Assembly (NCBI GenBank): GCA_001687465.1
Contig: LVLI01000369.1
Span: 1-64,000, forward strand
Source: Halocafeteria seosinensis
Taxonomy: Eukaryota
DNA: 64,000 bases
Direction: 5' to 3'
Positions 31,401-40,700 of the stretch are shown here, in pieces. Under the pieces are notes generated by a model. That model saw nothing but the letters and a program-made list of their open reading frames with translations, was not told the origin of the DNA and searched no databases. Positions within the stretch are counted from its first letter, which is position 1, and every line of letters starts with the position of its first letter. Made by a program: the position numbers and the translations under genes.

Positions 31401-33917
31401 CGAAATCCGATCATACACTTTCGCCCCTCGGTATCGAATCAGAAGATTAAGCAAGCACTGTACAACCCCAGTTGGTTGCAAAGCAATCGCCGAAAGTTCT
31501 AATAGGACTTGTTGGGTTGCAGAAACAATAAGGCTCCAACCAGCGTATTCAAACTCAATGTTTTCATCCGAGTCGCTTGCATTATCCATCTTTTCAAACA
31601 ACCGTAGTAGGTACTTCTGAAGAGTAGAGAAGTATATCCCACAGGCAGTCAGAATCTCGTGGTGAGGCGATTCCGCACCTAAATATCTGATGATCCGTGA
31701 CATTATGGAGAACCACAGAGATGGAGGCACCCATGTCCGCTTGGCATCCTTGTTGCTTGCAGAAGGCACGTTTAAGTTTGTTTTCAACCTTCCAATGTCA
31801 GAGCTGATAACAGAGACGCCAGACGCAACCGATTTTATTTCTTCTAAGAGCTCGTCGTAACTTAATGAACCAGTTGGAAAGCCTTCAGAGACAATTTCGG
31901 CATATTTTTCGTCGTGTTTGTTTGGCTGGGAGTGAACAGTATGGGATCGACGATGTCCACCATCCGTGGAAGGAGAGTCAGACTCTTGCACGAGTCGTGT
32001 GTCGACAGGAGACTGCCCCGAGGGTACCTCCACAGACTTTGAAGGTCGGTGAACGTCGCCGAGTTTCCGAGATTTGGAAATCAAGTCCCGATAGAAGGTA
32101 CGGTCCCAAAAGTGCCTAGCTTGCTCTCGCGCAGTGTTACGCACATTTACTCTTGCTCTAAAGGCGTCTTGTTTGAGCGATGATTCATCCATACTCTGGA
32201 TGCGTTCAAGAATGGATGAGTCGCCAATTGATTCTCGCATTGCAGTAACCACGGAGTACAACCCTTCTTGCCTAGTGTTGTTAACTAAAGAAGTACCTTC
32301 TTCTCTTGCCACGGCAATTCCTCCATAAAGAGCGCAGTGTTCACCGACAGTATCCCTTAAAGCTGTAAATATAAGGCCACTAGAGAACTCGGACGATCCA
32401 CCACTGCGTTGACGGGGCGTCTTAGCTGGGTGCGGAAAAGACCAGGATAAGCCACCTATCCAATCGCTTAGGCTCGACGGCCAGCTTTTCTGAAAGCTCC
32501 CATTGCCTAAGCGTTTATTTTTAGTCACCTGGACGAAGGGATGACTGATTCCCAGCAATGCAGATGGCATTCTCCGTAACGAATTATCATTTGAACTCAT
32601 TGAAGGAGAATTCGTTAACCGATCAAAACAGTCCAGATCGTATACCTCTGATCCGTATAATCTGACGCGCCGGGGGCACGGCAATAGTCGCCTGACACGC
32701 TGTTTCCGCGTAGAAGAGCTGTGGATAATAGCATCTTTGCTGTCCAGTGCCGAAATGGATACTTCTACAGGCAGGGACCAAGGCTTTTGCAATAGCTGAG
32801 GGGAGTCCTCGAATCTTATTCTTTCCTCTTGTGGTAAGCACATGCCACTAGTGCCCAACTCATTCTCCCCGCCAATTTCTCCACTAACCTTGGCATCGGT
32901 ATGCATCATTTTACTGATACGTTCAATGTATTCCTGGATACTGACACTCTTGTCTCTGGTGTCCGCTTCGTCACTGTCGTCATCCAACCCAGCAGGAGTT
33001 GCACCGCTTCGGTCTCCCGAGGTCTCGCTTCTTGCAGAATGTCCTTCCGGTTCTATAGTTTCGTCTGTAGCTAAATTCGAGTACTGTGCAGAAGTACTTT
33101 CGTAAAAATTCCATAAATTTTCAACTGAATCGGGAACATCCGATAGCTGTTCTACGGTTGGTTTCCTTGTGGCGCTTCCAGTTTCCGAACTACTGTCCGT
33201 TTTCTTCGATGCCTTGAGCATCTCACGTAGTTGCCGTAATGCAGAACTATGGCCACCATCATCTTCCGATACATCAAGTCCGCCCTGCATACTGGCGATG
33301 GCCTCCTTCTCCCTGGCCTCTACTTCCAAGTCGAAATCCCAGTCTTCCTCCTCTGAGCTCTCCTCTAGTTCCGCCTGCTGCATAGCCTCTCCGCCCGGTG
33401 GATACTCCTCTTCTAGAGTCTCTTCCCCCACATGAGTACTTCCAGGGCCTTCCTGTCCACCAGCGCTGCAAGAATTGTCATCCCAGTCACCCTCATCTGG
33501 AAAGTATTTATCCTCGGTACTCCCCTCGGCACCAACCTCGATACTGATTTCATCTTCGTCTTCATCCCAGACAGCATCGATATCGTCAGGCCTGAGAGGT
33601 AATTGAGGTGCCCCGATAGATGCTTCTGATGCATTACTTGCCCGTCTCGCGGCATGTACGGCGGTGGAGGTGTTGTCAGTGTCATCCCAAAATACGTCCT
33701 CATGGGTAGAAATCTGCCTATCCTGACTCTCAGCTGTTTGGGAGTGGGTGGCAGCGAGTGTATTCGACAATTGGGTTGAGGTGATTGCCATGGTTGCCGA
33801 ACCACCTTTCACAGGGAATGACGTCCCTGCTGACGTAACAGGTGAGCCCTCAGGGAGGACAATATTGTCCCAGTCCTCCTCTTCTTCGTCCGACGCGAAA
33901 GCCTGAAGCCCATCCAT
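22479..33917 (-). CDS. 3812-aa uncharacterised protein: acidic Trp-motif N-terminus, helical/TPR-like middle, CHAT/separase-like C-terminal region
   Basis: Uninterrupted 11.4-kb ORF. PILIIPSATSAVMPWENM...FFSRSRSLWQL resembles the LIIP...LPWE...SRxPSL block of CHAT/separase domains (domain call is tentative). Confidence 0.75.
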   Translation of the reverse strand: MDGLQAFASDEEEEDWDNIVLPEGSPVTSAGTSFPVKGGSATMAITSTQLSNTLAATHSQTAESQDRQISTHEDVFWDDTDNTSTAVHAARRASNASEASIGAPQLPLRPDDIDAVWDEDEDEISIEVGAEGSTEDKYFPDEGDWDDNSCSAGGQEGPGSTHVGEETLEEEYPPGGEAMQQAELEESSEEEDWDFDLEVEAREKEAIASMQGGLDVSEDDGGHSSALRQLREMLKASKKTDSSSETGSATRKPTVEQLSDVPDSVENLWNFYESTSAQYSNLATDETIEPEGHSARSETSGDRSGATPAGLDDDSDEADTRDKSVSIQEYIERISKMMHTDAKVSGEIGGENELGTSGMCLPQEERIRFEDSPQLLQKPWSLPVEVSISALDSKDAIIHSSSTRKQRVRRLLPCPRRVRLYGSEVYDLDCFDRLTNSPSMSSNDNSLRRMPSALLGISHPFVQVTKNKRLGNGSFQKSWPSSLSDWIGGLSWSFPHPAKTPRQRSGGSSEFSSGLIFTALRDTVGEHCALYGGIAVAREEGTSLVNNTRQEGLYSVVTAMRESIGDSSILERIQSMDESSLKQDAFRARVNVRNTAREQARHFWDRTFYRDLISKSRKLGDVHRPSKSVEVPSGQSPVDTRLVQESDSPSTDGGHRRSHTVHSQPNKHDEKYAEIVSEGFPTGSLSYDELLEEIKSVASGVSVISSDIGRLKTNLNVPSASNKDAKRTWVPPSLWFSIMSRIIRYLGAESPHHEILTACGIYFSTLQKYLLRLFEKMDNASDSDENIEFEYAGWSLIVSATQQVLLELSAIALQPTGVVQCLLNLLIRYRGAKVYDRISRDANGTKQTGEGKFQESKRGKTKGRAFLDKLKRGVRAPAKGGDTGQYAQNGGVDYSLWGEMRAFRRRKRQRRKELHYTSWRFQEGSAVRLESKQNQRRKLRRSRENGSSRRKGTTQGGRSGEPDNTGEGSLTDLARKLSFRKWMRVAMEDPLVSDSIRRSVFASGMAPEDTAQVWIRSAMASMANQCLQVALNDMVLLAVIPVILDRFYVRADGEPTDRCYVQHSYTTLARASVLQEKVRTESTLTALRSVNTLFGCDGAIGAFLHKAYRLSLASHVEHIRRLVKEFAASFQRSCGQRCVGHFRMNLSNLCAELCNGRSPLTYRQLLSDTLVDGFREQSDQLTSSTSFEACLRHAVSSCFLDETDIFLLSGCMWQDQQEATFFNVFHPVSTSQWGIDGNPILPARACVDDNQPIPHSWCGFLEPHRHQRATFSESQALCSVIRHPLARAIHARASLKRDGPVKDNRKGDNRCTPLLPKFRAVGIDELSSSFLISSRAPFAIVACLLSELAEIHAPDVTDFSGSHSAEIMVSQLSFHIQVRPVFKGSGTQMDVDWNSESICAAVVNSTAAVMEDVVWLLVGLHHSLSRMQRLKTVVGATSWLRKRGLQDEEASRIYEVLQRLVPGLLSSVCSAAGAQDSLGAPKDFSSAPPTIAHGVYGDALYSRGALVEALMLAQVAPFSELVTHHYALGAGQRSAGALGDADAISLLLGTRTTYVPTLLETERGRDVIGLLCYHFESGLGNISGLQDVGSMQNTRTSAGIARHLVSAEVAGECRSLWFRLKLLQDTTQRDPSIPADELISILEQLAGDYEKASMQGRAFGYICSAAWLAMRDPTKSAVRLFQILIKVGKIGLSTRPSVARTILMHGLLVLHAKGVTNRVTTVEESNSLLMAIIPGLRLQEGSGVRAPTSGELPFAGYGNTPEMEVLSQIIIQESLRKFKGLENHANLRSSSCGSGGASDVDILREVDIPGWLFRAISHLTRIRSNLTTVDTNDATAMNFVLQKGFVDDFLPPSAECVWGSNQQGKNVAWLPRESLVQLALLLAKLSLASYEPKFTIDVLLPFMPILPDPLGVSSISNQLLYRSTGESTRREVIETVANVTQLRFSHISKISAMLAEGYYRCSAHADCATVLNHVFPFLPLLSSERKANYVYICPVRSKDISSDEWCPVLGLRATQSLQTGDQVYLETDTFRMAKLYVKNLFAAGCYRAALRSVSRLIQVLDRFPPHLCLKDTNSFLRHFDQELEGASFLTRLSHAASRVAECLENDSSVFATLRVWLQSVASLMELRGHILLRLLRCPSTWYKAKGGGDSVNHHSAFLEIPNAAHDALKVSILQKRLFDQPKAFLSMTQDTRIRQEIYWVTDLVERGPTVVSPLCFHDVLAAGWSGDIFCGSWCFYRAAVSSFETAAQMLNILGDHLGTSRNHMGVIEATTEWKLGKRSVLPAASNQYELFDSLDKVLQQCYLDEKAGDNEQPLSLVSILYQRWHLNATFVNDSRTRTGEQEQIPSSLCRLCVGSEDRAVHLVDSVMKVSQSLGALRLSLRSSLAYSELLMAGQRIRATAFWIESVRVFWQMFVAGNIIVPFCFGDVVEAKWVEEMLSRITRWLCSCRDAKLINQYIFVLDAYVRASRIFKRMSETKCSEIVPPLPIAVSNYFTSKFFHPATEFSESIPVASDMNSVRGHAKTSSLETREDSVPRAERVTLSRLIQPYLSVFTPDAVPDSGRKGARAWEDAFSLLQKGVSQSFSSNLTGEDQYNAFSVWKSSEIVGIQRFHWGRRLDRTSTASLNPLMAGNTVTGRTESEGHPSLPLSPDRKETESPLHESIIVARSQAEKISEDLIRLVYAVQNAVLDVASTELALGSKEEERRPLVYLRLPKQQYLPSATPTMVEDPSPTVDNSMKDYLLKFAGMENQYRRDDSHGANDKRSTGSNPVSSATSGTNTDTVMGSTSSRGEEDNSTEQKNTEGAHSYVEELQHFPNTGHGLALSKGARPSNAAERLRIQRGKFSTYPPRGAADLPKRRSNLSRRITETCGSRNDFTQLTTRNVGLRGKRLPTTPEQDKTEVTGNLEKLDPSLAKPLSHVPPRSRRASSHAVSGVTENDMDASKELDGREKDSPQGEGSRAPSSQTQERSSVSGSCLTHESGHSGSMSLACLREKLLSKLFVLLRYQANSWLSHTSVKAASSYFAEENNADSPFMATSLVQPCFGPTATPLSLGNSQDWLWMQRHLRNIGDLWSRMDAKLSSYLMIASPVDWSPTFQNIRAEMLQRSGCIRHEMDRMRTALGEDSLALSTASYEALVKAAESGIESNPLLQTCLLQLKRACYCLHFPYYETVCVFAPFSESNPHICSVGPKPSRTTEVPKLDRTMFDKCMQHPQAPMEAEEASDKETETQRVFFAVVSEVAKRVYPSKEKDEPDVLSSGLWQFWLKAAGIGGLDAVKGGLTAATQLAGIGGSKTQNDQILGMRSPRWMDKVVKQLNLTMNTPYMVVFFLLQQLSKKKEMTGAPRREKEMHHIRGFTRFVRTLFGKSSGNEEKSRIPSAPILIIPSATSAVMPWENMFSFGVNKIEKPALAEQENVSLTQEQGSVEEGTAAAVAAAIKGNRSSDPSNPRGDYGLVFFSRSRSLWQLVQLSSSLPPGSYQFPRKRASKVLGPTIRLSNPLNVCILSAGRSSSRASNMRDLVELETVRRGASVFYGLNSVNRSHRSVLWSIPSVPALSDILGIWSSRLPNRSEMSRRDAPVRPGISMEEAQFPINGIMDARCSRRVPAAWPKESLIDPLYSARRLLHSGHFPMQYLQVHELQLQKYSGIEHVQVNTESHQSHHHLPSLIANKFGMESEDLQLMVREGNRSSVKAWPVILLHFADILESSEALDILTSTRCAAASIVCVIGGSEAIKTVAKRLSEAWKELQKSIEECNRNLSRGQKDSRMNPHATIKNSMPGHWKSPCHFLLSVLNKIQDDTGVCTILLNAPPMPPQ

Positions 33918-34474
33918 CCTTCGATTTTAGCGTCTCCAAACGATGCCTATAAAAACGGTCTGCTCTCTATGAGACGCGTAAGTCACGCACTCGTCGGTTC
34001 CTCTATACGGACGTGTCCAAAACTTAAATGACGCGTATATCGAAGAGAGGATACAGAGGCTCCCAAGTTCCGGAGACCGTCTACAGCGTCCAGAGGGGTT
34101 TTGTGTGCGAATCACACCTTGTGTGCACGTGATTCCGTGCTTCGTGTGTTTACCACTGGCACAGTGGATCTGTGCATAAAGTGATACAAATATTAGGAGC
34201 TCTGTATTGTAGATTCCTTCCAGAAAACCCCAAGTAGCCAAAAAGTTTGTCGCCTTGCTCACGCTGCAAGTTGCCAGCTGGAAATTGGATCGCTGATTCC
34301 GACTCTCAGAGGCAAGAATGGATAATTGGAAGGTCTGGAGTAGATGTCATGCTGAACCTATCCTGAAATAGAATGAGGAAGAGCTGACTATTCAAGGCAT
34401 TGGATTTGGAGTTAACTAAAATTGCAGCATGGATCTGCTTTCATTGCGCACTGTGGGACTGCTAGCCACCGACG

Positions 34475-35839
34475 ATGTCTCACCCAGTGTTGAGGATCTA
34501 TTTGGAGAAATGGTTCCAGCACTATTTTTGTGTTATGGATGACGAATCAGCGGTGTATGGAGACTTAAGCGACCCAGAACCCCTAAGCACTTTGGATTCC
34601 ACCGTGGCGTATTGGAGTCATGTAGCTTCCGGAGATGAACAAGTAGGACCTGATTGGATGTATGCTCTCTCTTGGCGGCGATGCTTGCTCTCCCTAACGT
34701 CGTCTGATTTTGCTACCAACACGGGGGCGCCGGAAGCTTGGAGGGTTTTCCCATATTTCGGAGGAATGGTACTATGCCAAGGCTCGGGGGTAGAAGACAG
34801 TACATTTGATGCTATACCTGCAACCGTGGACCATCTTATCTTATTCGATTGCTACCGTTTAACAGACGCCGCTTTTCAGCACTTGTCACATCTAAATTCT
34901 CTGGATCTCGTCGAATGCAACCAAAGTGCGATCTCGGACGCTGCTTTTCAACGCAGTTCCAACTTGGTAACGCTGGTTATGATGGGCTGTGATCAAAGTA
35001 CCATTACCGATTCTGCTTTTGAACATTTGTCTCAGCTAACGTGCTTAAATATGTCGTGTTGTAGTCAAGAGACCATCACGGATTCTGCTTTCGAGCACTT
35101 ACCGAAGTTGGAATCTCTGACCATGCAACGCTGTAATCAGACTACCCTCTCCGATTATGCTTTCCGGCATCTATCTACTTTGGAGTCACTCGATATGAGC
35201 CATTGCGACCAACTCAGCATTTCGGATTTTGCGTTTCAACATTTGAGCAATGTGACATGTCTGAAGATCTCCGGATGCAGCCAAATGACTATATCAGACT
35301 CTTTGTTCCGTCACTTGTTAAAATTATCATCGTTGGAAATGTCCGGGTGCCCCCAGACAACGTTGACAGATTCTGCATTCCAACACCTACCAAGATTGAA
35401 ATCGCTGATTATTGCCAATTGCAGGCAAACTACAATTTCCGATTCGGCGTTCCAACCGCTCCGACTCTTGACAGCGCTCAGTTTGCATGACTGCACCCAA
35501 GACACCATCACAGATTCTGCATTCCAGCATTTGGCAAATTTGCTATACTTGCGATTGGACCGATGCAGCCAAGCTACCATATCTGACTACGCTTTCCAGC
35601 ATCTATCGAGGTTAACATACTTGAATATGGCTCACTGCAATCAAACGACTATAACAGATTCTGCGTTTATGCATCTTTCAGAACTGTCTTCATTGTGTAT
35701 GAGATATTGCAATCAATCTACTATTACAGCGTCCGCTTTTAAGCATCTTCGGCGTCTAACATCACTGGATGTAGTGGGCTGCGACCAGAACACAATAACC
35801 GACCCTGCCTTCCAGCATGTGCCACATGTAACCCGTTGA
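34475..35839 (+). CDS. Leucine-rich-repeat protein, about 14 tandem 24-aa repeats
   Basis: Consensus TITDSAFQHLxxLxxLxMxxCxQx with a 72-bp period; intronless. Confidence 0.9.
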   Translation: MSHPVLRIYLEKWFQHYFCVMDDESAVYGDLSDPEPLSTLDSTVAYWSHVASGDEQVGPDWMYALSWRRCLLSLTSSDFATNTGAPEAWRVFPYFGGMVLCQGSGVEDSTFDAIPATVDHLILFDCYRLTDAAFQHLSHLNSLDLVECNQSAISDAAFQRSSNLVTLVMMGCDQSTITDSAFEHLSQLTCLNMSCCSQETITDSAFEHLPKLESLTMQRCNQTTLSDYAFRHLSTLESLDMSHCDQLSISDFAFQHLSNVTCLKISGCSQMTISDSLFRHLLKLSSLEMSGCPQTTLTDSAFQHLPRLKSLIIANCRQTTISDSAFQPLRLLTALSLHDCTQDTITDSAFQHLANLLYLRLDRCSQATISDYAFQHLSRLTYLNMAHCNQTTITDSAFMHLSELSSLCMRYCNQSTITASAFKHLRRLTSLDVVGCDQNTITDPAFQHVPHVTR

Positions 35840-36280
35840 TGGTGACCAGTACGGCAGAGGCTCAATGAACCGGCACGCACACACAGCTGCGATAACACAC
35901 GAGGTCTTCTCTGCCGTTTTCAAGATCTGGGCCGAACGACAACACCAAGCACGAGATCAAGTGGGCACACGCTCAAGTAGAGTTCGTTTCGACCGACTAC
36001 ACACTGCACTGAGGAAAGACCGCCATGACAACAAAATCGAACATGCCGATTCGTCACGTTTCGCGTCGAAACCCGCAAACGTAATGAGTTCAATAGGACA
36101 GAAGATTTTCTTCAATGTATCTAAAGCATTCATTTCGCTACCGTCTCAACCCGAGTTGAATCCCATGTGGGGAAAGACATAGTTTAGGAAAGCGTAAACA
36201 ATGGCACTCAAATGTAAGGTACTTCCAAGTGCTAATGGACATTATAATGGAACGTTTGGATAACGGTGTTCAAGGTAACT

Positions 36281-37341
36281 CTACGGCCCACAGGAAGTCA
36301 ACAAGGGAGGCTTCAAAGCCCCCGTTTCGGATATTATGTTAATCACATCATCAGTCACTTCAGTGTTTCCAATAGAGGTCTGGACTGCTGCCCGGCGTGT
36401 CCTCGACCGCGTTCTAGCTCTACCAGTAACGCGGGTCCTGTGCTTTCTCACTTTTGAGCGCCTGAGACCTTCTGCTTCGCTCAACTCCTGTAATATCTTC
36501 TCCGGTGGACGGGGAGTCGGGTCTTTGGCGTGCTCTTTCGCAATCTCTAAAGCCTTATCCTCTTCTTCCTGCTTGCAAAGTATCATCATCTCGTGCAGTT
36601 TTACTGGGGAGCAGCTTGGTTCATAACAATAGTGGAAATAATGCACTGGAGAGTTGGTTGTAGTAAATGCGGTCTGGCGACTCGGGTGGTTTTTCATCGC
36701 GCAGAAGTGAAACTTGTAAATGTTCAACTGTCTGATAAAGCAGTCCAGGGACTTCTTCTCTTCAGACTTGCCAGACGAACTCTCTTTTGTCTTTACGTTT
36801 CCAGCAGCAATTAGTGGCCAGAGCTCGAGGAAGAAATCTCGAGGCCTATGGAAGACGATTCCTCCACGGGGTTTATCATTGAAATCAATAGTATTCCACA
36901 CCTTCTGATCAAGATTCCAAATGTTTCTGCATTTGCTAGACGCAGAATTCGCCATGCGTTGTAATATAGTCACACTTCGCTTTATTCAAAGAAGGCACAC
37001 TTACGGGTCCCCGAAATTTTCAGTCTCAGCCGGGGAGAAAAAATCCACGATGTGTCGATAAGAGCCCTCCTGCACAAGCATCACCTAGTCGACGTATATT
37101 CACATGATAGGGCAATTTTAGTGTAGGGCAAGCGGATACTGACATGCATTAGTCTGTAAAGTTTGAGAGGGAAAATTGCGTTATACCGTTGCTGCAGGGT
37201 ATCCCGACCATCTGCGGGCGTGTTTTGATTGCCGTCCTCTCCTTCCTCCAGTTCTTTATCTTCTGGTGTATCACTACAGTCATCATCCACAGGAGTAGCT
37301 CCATCCATTACTTGGTCGTCATTCGGTGCTACAGACGTCAT
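36281..37341 (-). CDS. Divergent HSF-type DNA-binding protein; 3 exons (37341-37144, 37069-37005, 36935-36281)
   Basis: Spliced product has FPLKLYRLM...HIVDF...GIVFHRPRDF...LWP...CFIRQLNIYKF...YFHYCY, the ordered motifs of the HSF DNA-binding domain. Confidence 0.7.
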
Positions 37342-37712
37342 CTTAGAGCGCTTGATTGATCTCTAGAATGCGCTAAGTTCAACGAGATACCACCACTGGT
37401 ACCACTCTCTAACGCCAACCTCTACTCGACTACATATAGTTCACGAAGTTCTTCCATATAAAGTGTTTCTCAAGCCAGGACTTTGTGTGCTCGATGAAAA
37501 AGTGCCTTGGTTTGAATCACGCAATTCATGACACCTTGGACAAGTAAATTCCTAGCCGAACGGTACCGTAGCCGCTACAACGGATCACTGGCTCAAAACC
37601 GCTTATCAAGTGTTAGATGCTGATGGATCAACAAAAGACGGGACCTTGGTACCATACACCACACTATTTTATATATACGTGTGCATTGGGTTGTTTGCAA
37701 AGGGCAGTTGTC

Positions 37713-40700
37713 TTAACTCGCTGCTTCCGGCAAAATATCGTGGCAGAGAGGACAATGCTGGAGATTGCCTATATCAGAATTCAATAGATAATGTTTACAT
37801 CGCTTGCATTTGATGTATTTCGAATCGAATATAGGTCTTCCTGAGGCAACACATCCAGCAAATTTCTGTCCACACTTCATGCAGTTTGTTTCCCTGCAAT
37901 TTCATCGCCATTGTCTGAAAATCGAATCGAACATACGCAAGAAAATCAATGGTACATACCATCCTTTGATAGGGGACCGACAATGCGTACAAGGATATGA
38001 ACGCGAACCCGGATCATTAGGCGAGTCGGAGGAAAAGATATTCATGGAGACGTCTGTGTAGGCTTCGCGAAGCTTTTTCCCTTGTTCCGGCAAGGCCGCA
38101 AGACTCGAGCTCTCATCGGCGGTAAGAGTTTCTAATTTTATGAACGCCTTCGAGCATTGCCCAAAGAAACCGTTGTAGTACGTAGTCAAAGCTATCAACG
38201 AGTATATATCCCGTGGATCCAGCAGGTCTTCGTAGTCTACCAAACGAAGGGAAGAAGTCATTCTGCAAGAAGTTAGATTTAGTCAACACAATTCAATAGC
38301 AGATGCTGCATATGCGGAAAGGAACGTACGCTGCTTCAATTTCACCTGCGTATAACTGGCGCTGAGCAAGCATAAGAAAATGCCAAGCTTCTGCGCCATG
38401 CCACGCACGATCCAAAATCCGACCTGCGATGGCATCCTCCCCTTTAAAACCGGCGGTCGTAGCCTCAGCGTCCTGCTTGAGTAGCGTGTCCAGAGTGGCA
38501 GCAGTTCCTGCAGTTGTACCATATTTTGTTTTCGTTTGACCAGTTGTATTTCCCATGCCAGACTGAGTCCCAGTTATCGTGCTGGCCGTCATATTTTTCA
38601 TATTCATATTGGCTTTCCGAAACCTCTCGACCTCAATCGCAGCTAAAATGTACAACTTTTTGGCACGCGCGGGAGCAGCTCTAGTTGCGCCAGCTTCAGC
38701 AGCCAATTTCGCCAACAGTTTCGCAGACTCCGTATGCCGTCCAGCCTTTCGATAGAGCTCGATTGCGGGGAATAATTTGTTTGATTCCAGCAGATGATTA
38801 GCGTACTTCGTCAAGAGGCCCTCTATTTGAGGGAAGTCATGTTCCTCAGCGAGCTGGACCGCTCGTTCCCATTCGTTCAGAAGGACGCACGTGTCTACCG
38901 CTCCCTTTACGTCGCCTGCTTTCAATAAGGCATCCACGGCAGAATCGACCACTCCGACACGTTGCAACTTGGTACCAATGTCATGTAGCAAGGGAGAACC
39001 CTCTGGAAGAACTTCCACTATCTCGGCCAAGGACTTGAAATCGTCGAGCATGTAAAAGCAATCCGCCATCGCTTCAGTATTCTTGGCTTGAGTGTAGTAT
39101 TGGACAGCTTTCTGCCATTTTTGCCTATCTGCATAATAATCACCGATGTTGTTGCGCGCACGATTTAAAAGGTCATCGTTGCCACCTCCACCAGACGATT
39201 GCACCAGTTGGATTACTCTAAACCAATCGCCCAAACGAGACCGTAACTCAATTGCTAAATCCTTTCGGTCCATATCCATGTAAATCTTCTCAGCTTCGTC
39301 AAATTTCTCAAAGTAGACAGCTATTTCAGCTTTCTGTTTGTTCTTATCACCTAAACGGCGAAGGCGCTTCACGAACTGAACCCCTTGGTAGTCTTGATAT
39401 TGAACAAAAGCTCGTTCAGCTCCTGCTAAATCTAGCTTCTGAAGAGCACTCTCTGCTAGAAGCCGCCATAACCGCTTATGTGGGTTATCGGCAACGTAAT
39501 CGAATGTAGATTGCATTCCAGCGGTAGCCAGCAGCTGGCGGGTATCTCTCAACGAACGGGTTTCATGATTGATTATGTAAGTAGCCTCTGGGTTGAATGC
39601 GTCATAAAATAACTCATCTAACAAAGCGACGCGGACGGTCAGGTCCGAAAATGAGCACAAATAGCCACTACTTTGGACAGGTTCTTCTGGATCTGCCAAA
39701 GTCCCGCGAAACACATACATCCTTACTTTCTCCATCGAAACGAACAGGTCCGGATTATCATCAGCCCACATCATATCCCAGCAGTCGCGCCTTTCATCAG
39801 GCAGATGACCTTGAACGGTATTGTCCACACTATTCTTCACGTTGAAGTCAAAAAGAGTAAGCTTCGAGTTAATGTCAATTATCGCCAGTTTTGTACTATC
39901 ACAGTTCAGCGACAGACGGGCAGGTCTGCACTTTAAGACATGCTTCTCTTCAAAAACGACATGGGGTAGTGCGTACTTCTGAATAGTTCCACTGGCTCTA
40001 CCAACGACCAGATAGTCATCGCTTGCAGTAACAGCAGTAATTTCATCCGTTGTGGAGCCCATTGCCTTTGAAGGCGTTTCACTCGTTGCGTCACTGGCTG
40101 CGCCAGTCGACGTTGCCGAGGTGTCGTCAATGTGGAAAACCTTTTCTCGTCCTTCTTTTCTTCGCAGAGACGAAATTGTGCTTCCTTCGACGGAAGTGAG
40201 GCGATTAACACCAGATCGGTACTGCCACAGATACAGAGTGGTTTCATTGGCAATAACCACATGAGTTGATGTGAGAGAAACGAACTTCGGCTCTAGGTCT
40301 AGGTGTTTTGTGTCGACGGGAGACCCAATCGCATCGCACAATACCAAAATATACTCCCCATTTCCTTCCTCGGCAGCCGTAACTAAAATGCAATGATCCT
40401 TCGACGCACGGATCGTATGTAAATGTTTCACGTATTTTGTATATCGGTCATTCGTTACAGTATCCCAAAAGACAATGCAATGTTCGCCCCGATCCAGCTT
40501 ACTATATCCATATACCAGAGTATTGCCAAAATAACCCCATTTGTAATCCGGACGCACGCTTGCAAAATAGACGTAGGAGTCGACAGCCATCTGCAGTAAA
40601 CCAAAGACATAAATATTTTCCTCCTGCATGATACTTAATGTAAGCAGTACGTACTGCGATCCGAAGGCCCCCGCCTTCCCAAGATAGCGACTGAATCTTC

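Noticed and set aside
34850..35830. 72-bp periodic repeat with a constant part and a variable part, superficially CRISPR-like
   Set aside because: It is an in-frame coding LRR with synonymous variation in the constant part; eukaryotic context and no cas genes.
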